NCBI GenBank assembly: GCA_012295275.1
Contig: CM022667.1
Location: 15,252,001 to 15,316,000 of the forward strand
DNA from: Chrysomallon squamiferum
Lineage: Eukaryota > Animalia > Mollusca
Length of the DNA stretch: 64,000 nt
Reading direction: 5' to 3'
Under the pieces are notes generated by a model. It did no database searches. It worked only from the letters and a program-made list of their open reading frames with translations, and was not told the origin of the DNA. Of the stretch, positions 15,948 through 30,379 are shown in pieces. The translations under genes and the position numbers were made by a program. The number at the start of each line of letters is the position of its first letter. Position 1 is the first letter of the stretch.

Positions 15948-18399
15948 GTGGGTTTTACTATTTCATAAAATTAATTTCAAGTTTATTAGTCTATAGTGAT
16001 CATTCCACAGATTTTCAATCTACAGTTTTAAATACGGATAGAAGCTTGGTATAGAACAGGATAAATTATTCTCCTTAAGGTTAATTTCGTTTTACAGTTA
16101 GTGCCACAAGATTTCGCAAGAAAGACAAAAGTATATATTTAATTCCTATGTGAATGTAAATAGAATACAGATGATGAAAACACTGGGCATTAATAGTTAA
16201 TAAATGGCATCTCTCTCTCTCTCACGCACACACACTTTCAACACACATACAGACAGGTTTATAGATAGATAGATAGTAAGAAAACATAAATAGATAGATA
16301 GACAGACTCATAGATAGACAGATAGATGTGTGAAACATGCATGTTGTATATTTTTCAGATATTGCAGACTTAGAAACAACATCACAGCCATCAGCGGTAT
16401 AAAACTGATAAAGTCGAAAATGTACAGAGCTATTTTTAAAATTATTAAAATAAGATTATTATCTGAACTTTTTAGTTTTCGTTATCATTCTGTTATTTAT
16501 TTTAAACTTACTGTTTGTTATTGATGTCGAATTACTAATACATTATCTGTCACAAAATATAAAATTCATAAAATTAATCAGTTCTGTGAAACTGTTTGGT
16601 TGATGTCGTGTCATATATGTTAAAAATAATTTTAAGAAATCTGAAGAATAAATCTAAGTTACAAATGATGTAAAAGATAGTCGCTCATGCTTTGGTTAAC
16701 ACTCAAGCAAGATTTTTTCAAAGAGTCAAATAGTTTAATCGTGTTTGCAATGCTTACACTAGCACGACCCTGTACCATCAGGACATTATGATATACTGAA
16801 ACAAAACTGAGTTTGTTGCGCAGATACTTGCTTATTTCAGCACAATCGACAATACTTTTATTTACAGCTTCATGCAGTTGTTGTTTTACAAACAGATTAC
16901 TGCATCTCTAGAAATAACACGATAATACAAAGAAGCGTTTCTATTATATATCCTCAAGGAATGAAATCGTTTGTATCAGACCTTTGTACTGAAATAAATG
17001 AATGCAGTAATTGTTCCTGCAGCAATTTTTAATTCTTTTGTGATACTGGAAACTATAGATTTCTCATTGATATATGTTTTCATTACACTTACTACTAATG
17101 AGCAGGCAAGAGGATAATGATGATATCGTTGGTGTTGTTATTATTGTTACTGTTGTTCATGATTATGATGAGGATCATAATTTTAACATTGTTTATAATT
17201 TAATTAAAGTCTGCTTGTCTTCTTCATACGGGTGTGTTTGTGTGTGTATGTGTGTGCATGTCTGTGTGAATATGTATATACAGACATCAATAGAAACAGT
17301 TATTCAGTAAATATATTAACAGTCATTCTACTAAAAGTATCGTAATATCACGTTTTATCTGTTAATGCTTCTTTACTTTTCCTCTACATTGAAAATAATC
17401 CATTCATTGATATTTACAACATGTCAGTGATCTGGGCCTTATCCTTTGGGAAAGAACTGTTTCAATGTTAAACAGACAGACACTTGTTATAAATTATGAA
17501 ATATAATATTTCACATAAAAATTTGGCTGGTTCAAAAAATTTAGAAAGAAAATATTCCAAAATAATTAATTGCAAGTTTCTTCTCGCTCAGTCAGATGAA
17601 ACGTCCCTGAGTCGCTGTTCAAAGTCATTAGTAGCAAAACCGTGAACAATTATTTATTTTATTTTATAGACGTTTGTTTTTATTTTTCCATTTTTATTTT
17701 AAGACTGTCAGTTCACGGAAGCTAACATATGAAGAAGACAAGCAGGATTTAATTATATTATAAACAGTTATTTCTTTCATTTTATAAACTATTTTTTATT
17801 TTTTCAATTTTTATTTTAAGACTGTCAGTTCACGGAAGCTAACTTGATCTTTCTAATAGTACACCCATTACATATGTGGCTTTTGTTTCTCTGTTGATGT
17901 AGGTTTTTTTTTTTTTTTTTTTTTTTTTTGTTTACTTTTGTGATGGCTGCAATGATTATGTTGGTTATAATGACGAGAATAACAGATATTACATAAAATT
18001 CACACGACTGACTTTATATATGTTTTATTCGAATACAGATTTATTAAAACAAAATAAAAAGTCTCCTTTCTTTGTTCAAACTTAATTTACTCATCAATCT
18101 ATATTACTCAATAATATATAGTATCGAATTAAAATGTGATTCATTAATTTTGTCAAAAAAAAAATAATAATAAAAAAATAAATAAATAAATAAAACGAAA
18201 TTAACAAAAGTATAGAATTAAAGTAATAAAATCATCTTATTTACCAATTAGATGGTAGTGGTTAGTGGTAGTGTTATTGTTACATCAAACCAATGATTTT
18301 AATGCCGCAGTCTATAGCTTACCTATTCAAATTTCAAGTACATGTTTATTCCTTAATCAAAAAAAAAAAACAAAAAACACATCATTTTAATAGTGTTGG

Positions 18400-20085
18400 G
18401 CATTGGCTTCATTGGTCAATGTTGATAGATGGTATAAAATAAAGTAGTTTCTGATAAAATTCATATCCTTTATGTGTCCGCCATAGAGATTCCCGTAGAA
18501 GTTCCATTTCAGATAGAACTTTTTAAGAAGTATGAAACGTGCATGAGAGTGTTCATTCCTAAGGAAGAGTATTTCTTGATTGTGGACCAGCTAAAGAAGA
18601 CCACCTCAGTCCCCAGGAAGGAAAGACACCGTGTGTACTACCTCATGTGCAAGTTTGAATTTATTCAGCGTGGAGAACTGCAGAAATTGACCAAACAGAT
18701 GAAGACACACCTCTGTACTACGTTTCCAGTGAAGACACTTTTGACGTCATTCACCGCGCACACATCAAAACAGGCCATCGTGGAAGAGATCAAATGCTGA
18801 AAGAACTTTCAAAAACAGTAGGTGAATTTGACACATGAAGCTATCGAATTATTCAAGTCACTATGCACGGACTGCCAACAAAAACGCAAGAGGCCGACAA
18901 CCAAAGGAGCGGTAGTCCAACCTATTCTGACCAACGACTTTTCATTACGTGGCCAATTGGATCTTGTAGACATGAAGTCAAGTGGAAAGTGCAAGTGGAT
19001 AATTGTTTACCAGGTCCACTTGACCAAGTTCTGTATTCTCAGGACTCTTAATTTGAAGCTTGACAACGTATCCGAATTTACAGCTGTTGTAGTCAAGGAA
19101 CTGATGGAAATGTGAACCGAACTGGTTTGTGTGCACGGGAAACCAAGACACCCCCAGAGCCAGGGCTATGTAGAGGGGGCAAACACAGACATTAAATACG
19201 TTACTAGCCTGGATGAGCGAGAACGACACGAGGGATTGGAGTGTAGGCATCAAGTTTGTTCAATTCAGGATGAACTGAAGCTACAGTGCTGACATCAACG
19301 AATCACCGTATTCAACTCTCTTTGGGATGGAAGCGTATGATGGACTCATATCATCTTCGCTACCACATGACGTTCTTGGCCAACCCCAGTCACAATTCGA
19401 CCTTCTAGCACTGATATCAAGAGATAAATCCTAATGTTCTATAAATTTAATGCAAATTTACAATATGTTATTTCGCCCGAGTTGCTAAATTTGAGCAAGT
19501 CGAGCGGATTGTAAAAGGCTGTTGTGTTATGCTGACCGCAGGAGAAGGAGACAAGGTGGCAGTGCCTGTTCCAGCCATGGACCGCAAAAACTTGCTGGGA
19601 GTGATTGTAGATGTTGATGACAACGGACAGTATATCACAGCATGCCGTCCGGAATTCTGAAAGGCAAATATACCAGGAACTAGTTTGATATGTGTCCCCA
19701 GCGACTGCAATTGTTGAATGCTGTGAACAGAGGATGCACAATGTCTCTTAGAGCAGCAATGTCAAAGGACTCATCCGGAGGAAGATAAGGATTTGTGAAA
19801 TGTGGGGAGAAAAATAGGTGTCGTAAATATTTCATGAACAAGTTTTGAGCAGTTCAACATATCACTCAATTTTGATCTGCTGTAATAAATAGAACACTAC
19901 TTGATGTTTCGAAATAAATGTTTTCGTGCAATTCCAAGCCGTTCTTTTTCATTGATTGACTATAGGTCCATTTCAGTCGTTTGGCCTAATTCCTGGAAAT
20001 TTTAATCATTCGGCCAAACGCCTGACAGTCTTGGACGTTAGGCTAAATGCCTAAACATTCCAGGCATTAGGCCAATAGACTAGTT
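18400..20085 (+). mobile_element. Decayed DDE (rve) integrase element, KRBA2/SCAND3-like, probably a Ginger-type DNA transposon
   Basis: Broken frames give HRAHIKTGHRGRDQML...CTDCQQKRK (HHCC-like), RGQLDLVDM, KWIIVYQVHLTKFCILR, GKPRHPQSQGYVEGANTDIK and GDKVAVPVP. There are many stops and frameshifts. The 3' flank has short TTAGGC/GGCCAAA subterminal repeats. Confidence 0.8.
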
Positions 20086-20259
20086 TGACATATATAAATG
20101 AAGCATATTTAAATACAGACAGACGTAGACAAAACGTTAATACATACAATATTTATTACGATTATACTGTTATTGGTGTCCTTTTTAATATGTATTTGTT
20201 CATTATCAAAATATTCTTCATTTATTTATGTATGTGTGTAGTTTTTTATTTTAATATAG

Positions 20260-20400
20260 CGACGAATCTGTGAAGATTTGAACAGAAAACTGTGATTACG
20301 TCTAGCAATACAGGATTATACTGATGACGCTGATACGACAAAGTGTACATCGAGATAATTTTTGTTTTGTTTAGACTTTTAAATTATTCCGAATAAAAAT
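20260..20400 (+). other. Putative terminal (3'UTR) exon of H1
   Basis: aatatag|cgacgaatctgtgaagatttgaacag..ctgtgattacgtcta is homologous to the G terminal exon (ggacggatc..gtgaagatttgaacacagaactgtgattacgtcta). AATAAA at 20392-20397. Confidence 0.6.
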
Positions 20401-21980
20401 TATTTAAGCTTATTTAATGCTTTCATTTTCATTATTCTTATCTATCTATCTAGCTATCTATAACAGGATGTAATGGACTAAGAAATTAATTATTTCTAAC
20501 TATATTTCTCTGCTTAATGAAAGGATATGTCGATGCTAACCGACACTCCAGAAAAAGAATACTTTAAACAGCGTATTCAGAATTGCTCGCAAAAAATTAC
20601 ATATAATCGTTCCAAAAAATCAACGAATTTAATCATGTTTTTCTGGCTTTTTCAAACACAACCAAGGCTACTTGTGCTTCAGAATTCTGAAATAAGATGG
20701 ACAGAAATCACTTATGCATTAATTTAAAAAATAAAGTAATTTAATTGTGCTTCTCTGGCTGGTGTGACATACACATACATACATATATAAGTCTGTCTTC
20801 AAGACTAATTGAAGAGCTTTCGAAGTGGCCATAAAACATACAAGAGTGAGCTTCGTGGGAGAGAGTTTTTGATCTGCTACACCGGCTGTGTCTGCCACAA
20901 AGGGTAAAGTAATTTAGTTAATTGACTGTTTGATTCTCAGCGGTACTGGTTTTTGTGTATATCCCGAACCTTTCGAAACATTACTATAAAACGAACTGAA
21001 TGAACGAATGGTAAAACGTACGTTCATACATTTCTTCTATCATTTATTGACTTGATATTTTATTTATTCGGAACAGAGAATAAGCATTTAGATGTTGAAA
21101 ATGAGAAGAATAGTTTCTGCTAATATGAGAAGCAGACAGAAAGTTAGAAATAATGATATATTATTATATAATGAAGCAGTAAAAAAACAAAGCAATTTAA
21201 ACAGTAAGAGATTACGTTTGAATGATTAGTTTTAATAGTTGTTTTCTGAAGCAGCATATTGCGTTTCCTTTGATTTGTCGCTAAGTGGCTGTTATTTTGT
21301 TGTTTTTTTCTGCTTGCTTTTTTATTTTATTTTTTATTTTGTTTTTTGTTTGTTTTGTTATCAATACAGAACCTTTAAGAACTGCTATAGGATTTGTCGT
21401 TTCAAAACGAGACCAGTAACTGGTAGAATTTCTGTTAGTACTTTCAAAGGCGGTTATTAAGGAATTGATCGAATAACATCATAGTGAACAGACTTACATA
21501 CTTTTACTTTAAAACGCTGCAATAAGGATTTAATGTATGATATCATTTTATTTCTCTCTGTATTCTTCCAGACTTCATACGGGAAATATATCTGCAACAA
21601 AACAGTTTATGTTTGTACGCGAACATCTTTCTGAACTCGATCTTAAAACAACGATTATCCAGTTTTGTTTTGTCTGGAAAAGGAAAATATATTTGTGATG
21701 ATTTTTATTGCCGAAATTTTTTTCTGAACACCGATTATTGTATGTTTTTTTTTTTTACTTTGTTTGTTGTTTTTTGTGTTTTTTTCTTAAAGAGCAATGG
21801 AAGGGAAACAAAGGAAAGCATCTTTGAAAACAGTTTAAATTGTTTCTTATTATATTTCCGAAACATATCTTCGGCAATAATTTAAATATTACTTAAAAAA
21901 GGCAGAACATTTCTGTTGTATTTTGTGTTGTTGAAAGGGTTTGTTTGTTTATTTGTTTGTTTATCTTTTTCAGTATCTAT

Positions 21981-22023
<43 letters not shown>

Positions 22024-22086
22024 TTTGTTATCCATCTATTTACTTTATATTTAAAATTATTCATTTCTACGATTCGTTTTCTGGAA

Positions 22087-22588
22087 ATGATGTTTGCTAT
22101 AATTACTATCAACATTTTGCTCCTGTTCACAATGACGACAGCACAGCTAAGCTGTGGTAGAGTCGAACTAAACAGAGAAATTCTTACACAAGAAGAGTTT
22201 AGTAGAATTGTACGAAATGTTTTCAATAGTTCCATCAAACCTAAGATGCAATGTGCTTTGTCATGTCGCAGTGATCAAAGGTGTAACGGAATGATTGTGT
22301 GTCCAGGTTTCTGTCATCTATTTGGAGTTTTCAATATGACCACGTTAACAGATGTTAATGCAGATAGTAAAGTCTGCGAAGTTTTTAATATAGTACGTAT
22401 TACAAATGTTTGAACATAATAAAATATAATTAGAGTAGAGAGACAATAATGCAATATAGTAACTTGAAACGTTTAGTAATATGTTTGAAATATTAACCAA
22501 AGGTATAAGGTTCTCATAACTTATTGTAATATGTTTGAAAAGTGAGAAGATATGTATAATTACATTTTTCAGTTATACTTCATAAACA

Positions 22589-22663
<75 letters not shown>

Positions 22664-23272
22664 CATTAAATTCAGTGTTTTATTTTTTAGTATCTATTTA
22701 GAATGATATACATATTATTATAATAATTATAATTATTATTATTATTATAGTAGTAGCAGCAGTAGTAGTAGTAATACTAACAACAACAATAACAACAACA
22801 ACGACAGTTAATTTCCTTTCTATTTTTAGAATCGATGCAAGAACAACGGTTTTCCAGATGAAAATGGTTACTGTGTCTGTACTCGTGGTTATGGAGGTCC
22901 GTTATGTGAAAATACTGTAGAAGGTAAGAATAAATATAGTTTAAAAGAAATACATGAAGAAACAACTAAGTCCGTCTGAACAATGTTCATTTAACAATAA
23001 AATGCTATAGATCTAACAGTGCATAGTTATGGTACAAAAATCATAAGAACGTCAATAAAGGTCTTTCGTTTTTATTTGTATTTAATAGCTTTCAGTAAAT
23101 GAATATTATTTTTCTGTGTTGCTATTTGCGTTATATTTTTTCTTCTTTTTCTAATTTTCTTTTTTATCTTTTTCTTCATTTTTCTCCTTCTTTCTTTTCT
23201 TCTTCTTCTTCTTATGATTATAACTATTATTATTTTATTATTATTATTGTTATTATTATTATTATTATTATT

Positions 23273-23336
<64 letters not shown>

Positions 23337-24917
23337 TGTTCTTGACATTTTTGTCGTCCTTGTCATAGCTTTTGCTGTTCGTTCACTCTCCTTCTTATTA
23401 ATATCCCCGACGTTGTGACCGTTCCTAAAACTCATCATCGCCTCTGCGTGATTATCGTTGTCACTGTCGTTTCTTTGAATTTCAAGTATTAATTTTAAAT
23501 TCCAGATTCCTGTTACTCCTACTGGCGAATGGTTCATGATACACGTAACACCGGAACACTGGACAGTTTGAAAACAGAAATTAAAAAATCATGTAATGTA
23601 AAATTAAAGGCTGTCGTTAAAGGCAAAAACATCCTCTCTATTGATATATACGGAATTAAAGATAACGACGTGTGGGCACAATCTGTTTGGAAACTTATAA
23701 AGAAATCTTGGAAGACGTTTCCTCTCAAACGGAGTAGACTCTTCAGTAAATTCACTAATGGTAAATACCGTTTGTCATTGACAGTAAATATTGCCGGCCC
23801 AGCGAGACAACCAAAGACAACACAAACACCAGCTAAATGGTATGCCAAAGATTTCTCCAACGGAACACCCAAATTAAAAAACGACAAGGATGGTAAGGTT
23901 ATTTCTGGTGATTACAACTTGTTGGTTTCCAAGGTTGAAGAAGGTTCGTCTCTAACGTCTTCTAAAACTGTATTTGTTGAAAAACAATCAGGAAAAATAT
24001 CGGCAGACGTTTACAGTGAAGTTGGACAGAGCTTTTCGGATCGCTATGGTTCATTTGAATCACCACAGTATTGGTTCCTGCGCAGGTATACAAACACTGG
24101 CATGATGAACGTTCTTCGTTGGAATCTTATAAATGGATCTTACATTTCCGCCGGCACGTACCACTCTTCTTATTCCTGGTGCACTGACGACTGTTGGGTT
24201 AAAATATTCACTGTTAATCAAACTGGTCAAGACGTTCATGGTTCTGTAGATAATTTAGCTCGCGCCTTACTTAGTGGTCATCGACTAAGGGTTTTTATAG
24301 CGGGTTCGTCTATAAGCACGAAGTCTGTACGTATTTATGGTAAGGATGTATCTGCCTCTTTAGAAGAAATAATTGAACCAGTTGCAGTAGAACCTTTTGC
24401 ACGATCTGGTATTGCGCAGAGGAAGCTGGTATTTTCTAACGGTCAAGTTTTAACTCGAAGATACACTTTCGAAACGGCAACTGTAATAGAAGATGTACAA
24501 GAAAAACAACAAATAGACTGGTTTGTGGACACACGTGAATGGATCAGGGTTCTGTGTGTAAAATATGGTGGAGAAATACAGAGTGGATCAGTCACAAAAC
24601 TGAGAGAGATGGTTCTGAAAGGTGTTTCAGTCCGAGTTGTCGTCGAGTATCCTAACGGAGAGTTTGAAATTGTCGACGTTGATCATCTGGCTGTGTCTGA
24701 CAACGTCGACGTAGCTGCTGAATTGATATACCACGTCAATATTCAGTTTGATGAAAACTATGGCAGATCTTTTCTGAATGAAACATCTTACCAGCTGTGG
24801 TCTGGAATCATAACAACAGAAGGAGACTTTCAAAAGTTTTATTACACGTACAAGAAAAGTGGAGACAAACCTGAAAACGTGGTTTACGACAAATTTACTT
24901 GGTTTGTTCAGATGTGA
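22087..24917 (+). CDS. Family A copy A3, intact, 603 aa secreted PAN/apple-like-EGF-4x repeat protein
   Basis: Exons 22087-22392 (ATA|GTACGT), 22830-22923 (NRCKNNGFPDENGYCVCTRGYGGPLCENTVE) and 23506-24917 total 1812 nt, in frame with no stops, and begin with a hydrophobic signal peptide. Confidence 0.88.
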
Positions 24918-27356
24918 TAAAATTACAAACTGAAATGAAAAACAAGAATTCGTTTCAAAGGTTGATATTTTCTTTGTTTAAAATATAATAATAATAATAG
25001 TAATAATAATAATAATAATAATGATAATAATAATAATGATAATAATAATAATAATAACAACAACAACAACAATAATAATAATAATAATAATTTGAGTGAC
25101 CTGAATTTAAATGAAGAAAGACACATTTCGTTTTGTAGGTATGTGATAAAAAATATAAACTTCTTGAAATTGAAATTATTTCTAAATTATTTGGAAATGC
25201 ACGACATAAAAGCACTAAAATGACATCATATTGATGATGATGACTTAAAAAAATCATCGTAATGGCAATTTTATTTTCTTGTAATAATGATTTTTTAAAG
25301 ATTTATTCAAACAAATACTGTAATAGAAGTTTGACAGTTTCTCGTATAGCCGTTAAAGAGCAAAATAGTATTGCAAAGTTTTCAGAATATTATGTTAGAT
25401 TCATGAAATTAAACTTTTATCTTAGCTAAGATATAGGAAATTAAATCAATTTCGTATAGCTATAATTTTAGATATTTAATCAAAAAGTAGAATAAACATA
25501 AATATCTAATGAAATGGAAGTAGTCGATCATTTAACCCAGTTCTAGCGATAATGGTTAGTTACGATCCACATCTGCAAATCACAACATGGAAGGTTTTGA
25601 CACAGTTACGCAGAAATAATGGTACATTTCTATTCTACAATCTACACTTGTTTTGAAGAGGCACAGATTCACCGTTTATTTATTTTGTCGGAAAATTAAA
25701 AATACATGCGGAATAGCTAATTGGAAATATGAAAATCAAAGTAAACGGAGAAATATAATACCAACTCACTAAAAATAAATTATTCCAGAAACTGTAAAAA
25801 AAAAAAAACCTCGACGAAATACAAAACTACTTTTCAAAGTTGAGCACGTCAGATAGATACAAGAGCTAGAACGAACATTGTGAACTCGGGTAAAGTACGA
25901 TTTTATTGATGTACCTACATCTTTTTGTGTTACTATTTAAATATTTTAAATGTGTAGAATTCAGTTTGTGTGTGTGATAGCATTAATCTTATGTTATTGT
26001 TAGATTGTGATACTTATAACATTTTAAGTTGTGTTTATATTGCGTATGTTTCTGCTAATAACTTAATGTTTAATGCTTACTTGGTGTCCGAAAAGTTTGT
26101 CAAGAACAATTATTTTAATAAATAAGTCTTACATGTCTAAATCTACTACCATCGTCACCACCCTCACTACTACTACCAATTCTGACAAAACTAATACGTC
26201 TATGTTGCTACTGCTTCTGCTGCTACTACTACCACAACTAATGTTACTATCATTACCTATTATTGTCGTAATAAATGTTTGCAACTAGCTGACATTTGTT
26301 TTTGATTGTGACATATGCCCTATTAGTTTATTTATTTCTTTAAACAACCTCTTCACTTATGACTGCAGTGCTCGGCCAACATTCTAATTATAAAATGATA
26401 TTTTTGTTAGCTTTGAAGATTACTAAACAAGAAAAGATTTCACAAGTAAATTTGCTCTCTTGTACAAGACAGCATTATGAATAAAAGACGATGAGAAAAT
26501 ACGAGCTCACTAACAATACGCCAGTCCGACACAGGATACGATTTTATTATTAAAATGAGAGTCTGGTACAAGATACGACAAACAGGAAAATTTCAGTTCG
26601 GTTCAAGATACGATTTCACAAGAGAAGTGACAGCTTAAACAAGATTAGACTGCACGGGTACGCTTTTCTTAGTTTCTATTTAATTCTGTCTAACAAAAGA
26701 AAACGTTTTCTTTAAATAGTATTGTTTTTAAGTATAATAAATATTTCAAATGCAAAAACAAACCAAATACACAGCTAGATATAACATATATTTTGGCATT
26801 TCTTATAATCACATTTAAATACTTTGATTATATCTACGATAAACTACTTTTATTACTTCTGTTATTATATAATGACTAATTTTGCTGTATACAAATCTAA
26901 GCTGATTAAACGGTACCTGCCTCTTTCGTGACACTGTTAGCATAGGACTTACTTTCTATAAGAAACTAACTGTAGATATAACACAAATAAAATACAGATA
27001 TTTTCAAAAATAAACTTGTTCTGTATTTTGTGCTTTTGAAAATAACAAAAACAGAGACAATAGAAATCAGCTGATGTAAAAGTCTGGTAAAGGAGCAACA
27101 TCAAACACAGTGTGTGTCTGTGTGGGGGGTGATGTATATATATATATACTTTTTATGAAATATTTAGTATTATCTTTGACTACCTAGATGTTTTCCCCCT
27201 CGTTTTAGCTGTTTGTTTTCTGCACCCTACTTTCCTATTTGAACATGCTTTATTAAATATCCAATTTAAAAAATTTATAAAATTCCAGAACGTTCCAAAA
27301 ATATAAAAGTGTATGATAATGATGATAATAACAACAACAACAACAACAACAACAAC

Positions 27357-27402
<46 letters not shown>

Positions 27403-27871
27403 TGTTGATGACATTTTAAAAACTACAAATAGATATATCTAACTTTCTAATTTGTGTTTTGCACTAAAATTCTCCAGCAAACAAAACATAAACAACAAAC
27501 AATCAAATAAACAAACAACAACAAACAAACATATTAATAATAATAATAATAATAATAATAGTAAGTGGCAACTGTTTCTTTTGCTTTATAATGTCGAATA
27601 TGATTGAAATAAATGTTATTTAAACACTGTTCTTCTTAGTATTAGTTGTTAATTTTTCATTGATTGCTTTAACACTGTGACATCTCTGTGAATGCATGTA
27701 GTCAGGAATGAATATTCTGCTGTTTTACCATAAAACTCTTTTGTGCCTCTAAACAGACAACACACATAGACAATCACGACCTCGTCAACGACACAGGCCG
27801 CTGATGAGGCTCTAAAGTATAGAACCCATTCGTCCGCACCTCAGAGGAGCACAATGAGGAACAAAAACTAG

Positions 27872-28115
<244 letters not shown>

Positions 28116-28785
28116 TGTATGTGTTTGTGTATCTTTGTATATATGTATGTTTGTATGAAGGTATTTTCCTTTGTCCGCCGTCACGTTATGATAATTTGTT
28201 TTCTCGTATGATTGCATTAATGCATTTCTTTTTATTTCTTAATGGGTTTTTTTCTAAAATGTTTTCTTGTTTGACGTTGAGTTAATGGTGTTAGATAATA
28301 CTTTTGCTGTTTGGTAATTTTATGCTTCGTGTTACAAATGGGATTTGATCAAAGAAGACATTATTTTTCTTTAAGGTTATTTAATTACTTAAAAAATAAA
28401 TGAACATGCCTTTTAAAACATTTCCTATTATATAATGTTAATTTTTACAAAAGTCAATTAGCTGTTAATTAAATATGCATTTTACATTCTTCTAACTAGG
28501 AGCGATAAAACGTTTTCGGAGTTTTCATCTGAAGAAGACAAAAACTTAATTGACAAATAATTTGACAGGATCAGAGATGAACTAGGTACATGTGTTTTTA
28601 ATTCTTCTTAACAATAACAAATATACGCATGTGCCGAAGAGAGAAAACAAGCTCAACCTTTCAATATCGATATCAAACAAAAATCTAAAAAATCGACCTC
28701 AAATTCAAAAAATGTCAACTGATCTGTATATCAGATATTTTAAGATCGATCCTTGTAACACCGATTAAAATTCATCTTTGCAACT

Positions 28786-28900
28786 GATGATGGAACACAC
28801 CTGCAAAGTTAGTTTTCTTATTTCGGTTTCGTGATTCATCTTAATTTCATCATTACCACTTCTAGAATATACCAAATGATAAAAAAAGAACATCACAAGA
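28786..28900 (+). pseudogene. A1-type exon 1 fragment with its upstream region
   Basis: tgatgatggaacacacctgc..ttttcttatttcggtttcgtg matches the A1 start. The upstream 28160-28780 matches the reverse complement of ~4500-5130. Confidence 0.65.
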
Positions 28901-29413
28901 AATGTTTTGTCTTAGAAATCAAACAAAATATTTTATGCTTCTTGTGGCAAATGGGAATTAATCAAAGAAAACTTTATTTTGCTTTAAGCTTATTTAATTA
29001 TTCAAAAAATAAATGAAACTACCTTTTAAAACGTTTCCTTTAATATAATTAGTTTTTTTGTTTTGTTTTTTTACAAGATTCAATTAGCGATTAATTAAAT
29101 ATGTATTTTATTTTCTTGTAGATGCAGGTATACACACATATACAAATAATACACACAGTGCATATACACATACGCATGCAGGCACACAGATATACACACA
29201 TAGACGACCACACAAACAAAATGCACAAACACACACACACAAAAGTACACAGACACACAAACACATTATCTCGAAAAATCTTAAAAGCAGCTGATACATA
29301 CTTTATAAAACTACATTACTGCTTTTTAACTTACGTTTGTCTTTGTTACTAGAAGTCAAACTGTCATTTATATATATTTTCTTAAGCAAAGTCTTAGTAA
29401 GATGTGTGAATGA

Positions 29414-29472
<59 letters not shown>

Positions 29473-29913
29473 CAACAACAGTAGAGCATTTACGTCATAT
29501 ATATATATGAATGTATATTAAAACAATTCTTCCTTTGTCCGCCGTTACGTTATAACTTTAATTATAATGTTAATTTTTACAAAAGTCAATTAGTGGTTAA
29601 TTAAATATGCATTTTACTTTCTTCTAACTAGAAGCGATAAAACTTTTAGGAATTTTCATCTGAAGAAGACAAAAACTAAATTGACAAATAATTTGACGGG
29701 AACTAGGTACACTTATTTTTAATTCTTCTTAACAACAATATTTCTCAAATATACGCAAATGCCGAAGAGAGAAAACAAGCTGAATCTTTAAATATCGATA
29801 TCAAATTCAAATCTTTAAAATCGACCTCATATTCAACAAATTTCAAATGATCTCTATATCAGATAGATAAGATCGATCCTTCTAACATGGATTAAAATTT
29901 ATCTTTGTGACTG

Positions 29914-30180
29914 ATGATGGAACAAATCCGCAAAATCTGTTTTCTTATTTCGGTTTCGTGCTTCATCTTAATTTCATCATTACAACTTGTGGTGTGTAGA
30001 CGTTGTGTCGAGGATGAACGATGTGAAGCGATGATGATCTGCCATTCACAATGTCATCTGAAATTGGAAACTTTGAAACGTTGGAATAGTTTCAGTCTGT
30101 AGTAAGCCAACAGTGCAAAGCGATGTTCAAAGCTGTTATTAGTGGAACTAAAATCCAATCAATCGAAGTGGCTAAAGTTA
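29914..30180 (+). pseudogene. A1-type remnant: deleted exon 1 fused to the start of exon 3
   Basis: MMEQIRKICFLISVSCFILISS..CVEDERCEAMMICHSQCHL is followed directly by sequence matching the start of A1 exon 3 (tctgtagtaagccaa..tgcaaagc..aaagctgttatt). Confidence 0.75.
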
Positions 30181-30379
30181 TAGAAATTTATAAGAGCACT
30201 TAATTTTATATTTCTCAAAAGATGATTTTTAAAAATGTTTCCTACAATTTAATTACACGTTTTCTTTTCGATAGGAATTTAAAAATGTGACTTTGATAAC
30301 TGTTCTATCGTATTGTTCAGCCTCAATTCAAATTCATTCTTCATTTTTTTATTTAACTTCTCATTATTGTAACTCACAG

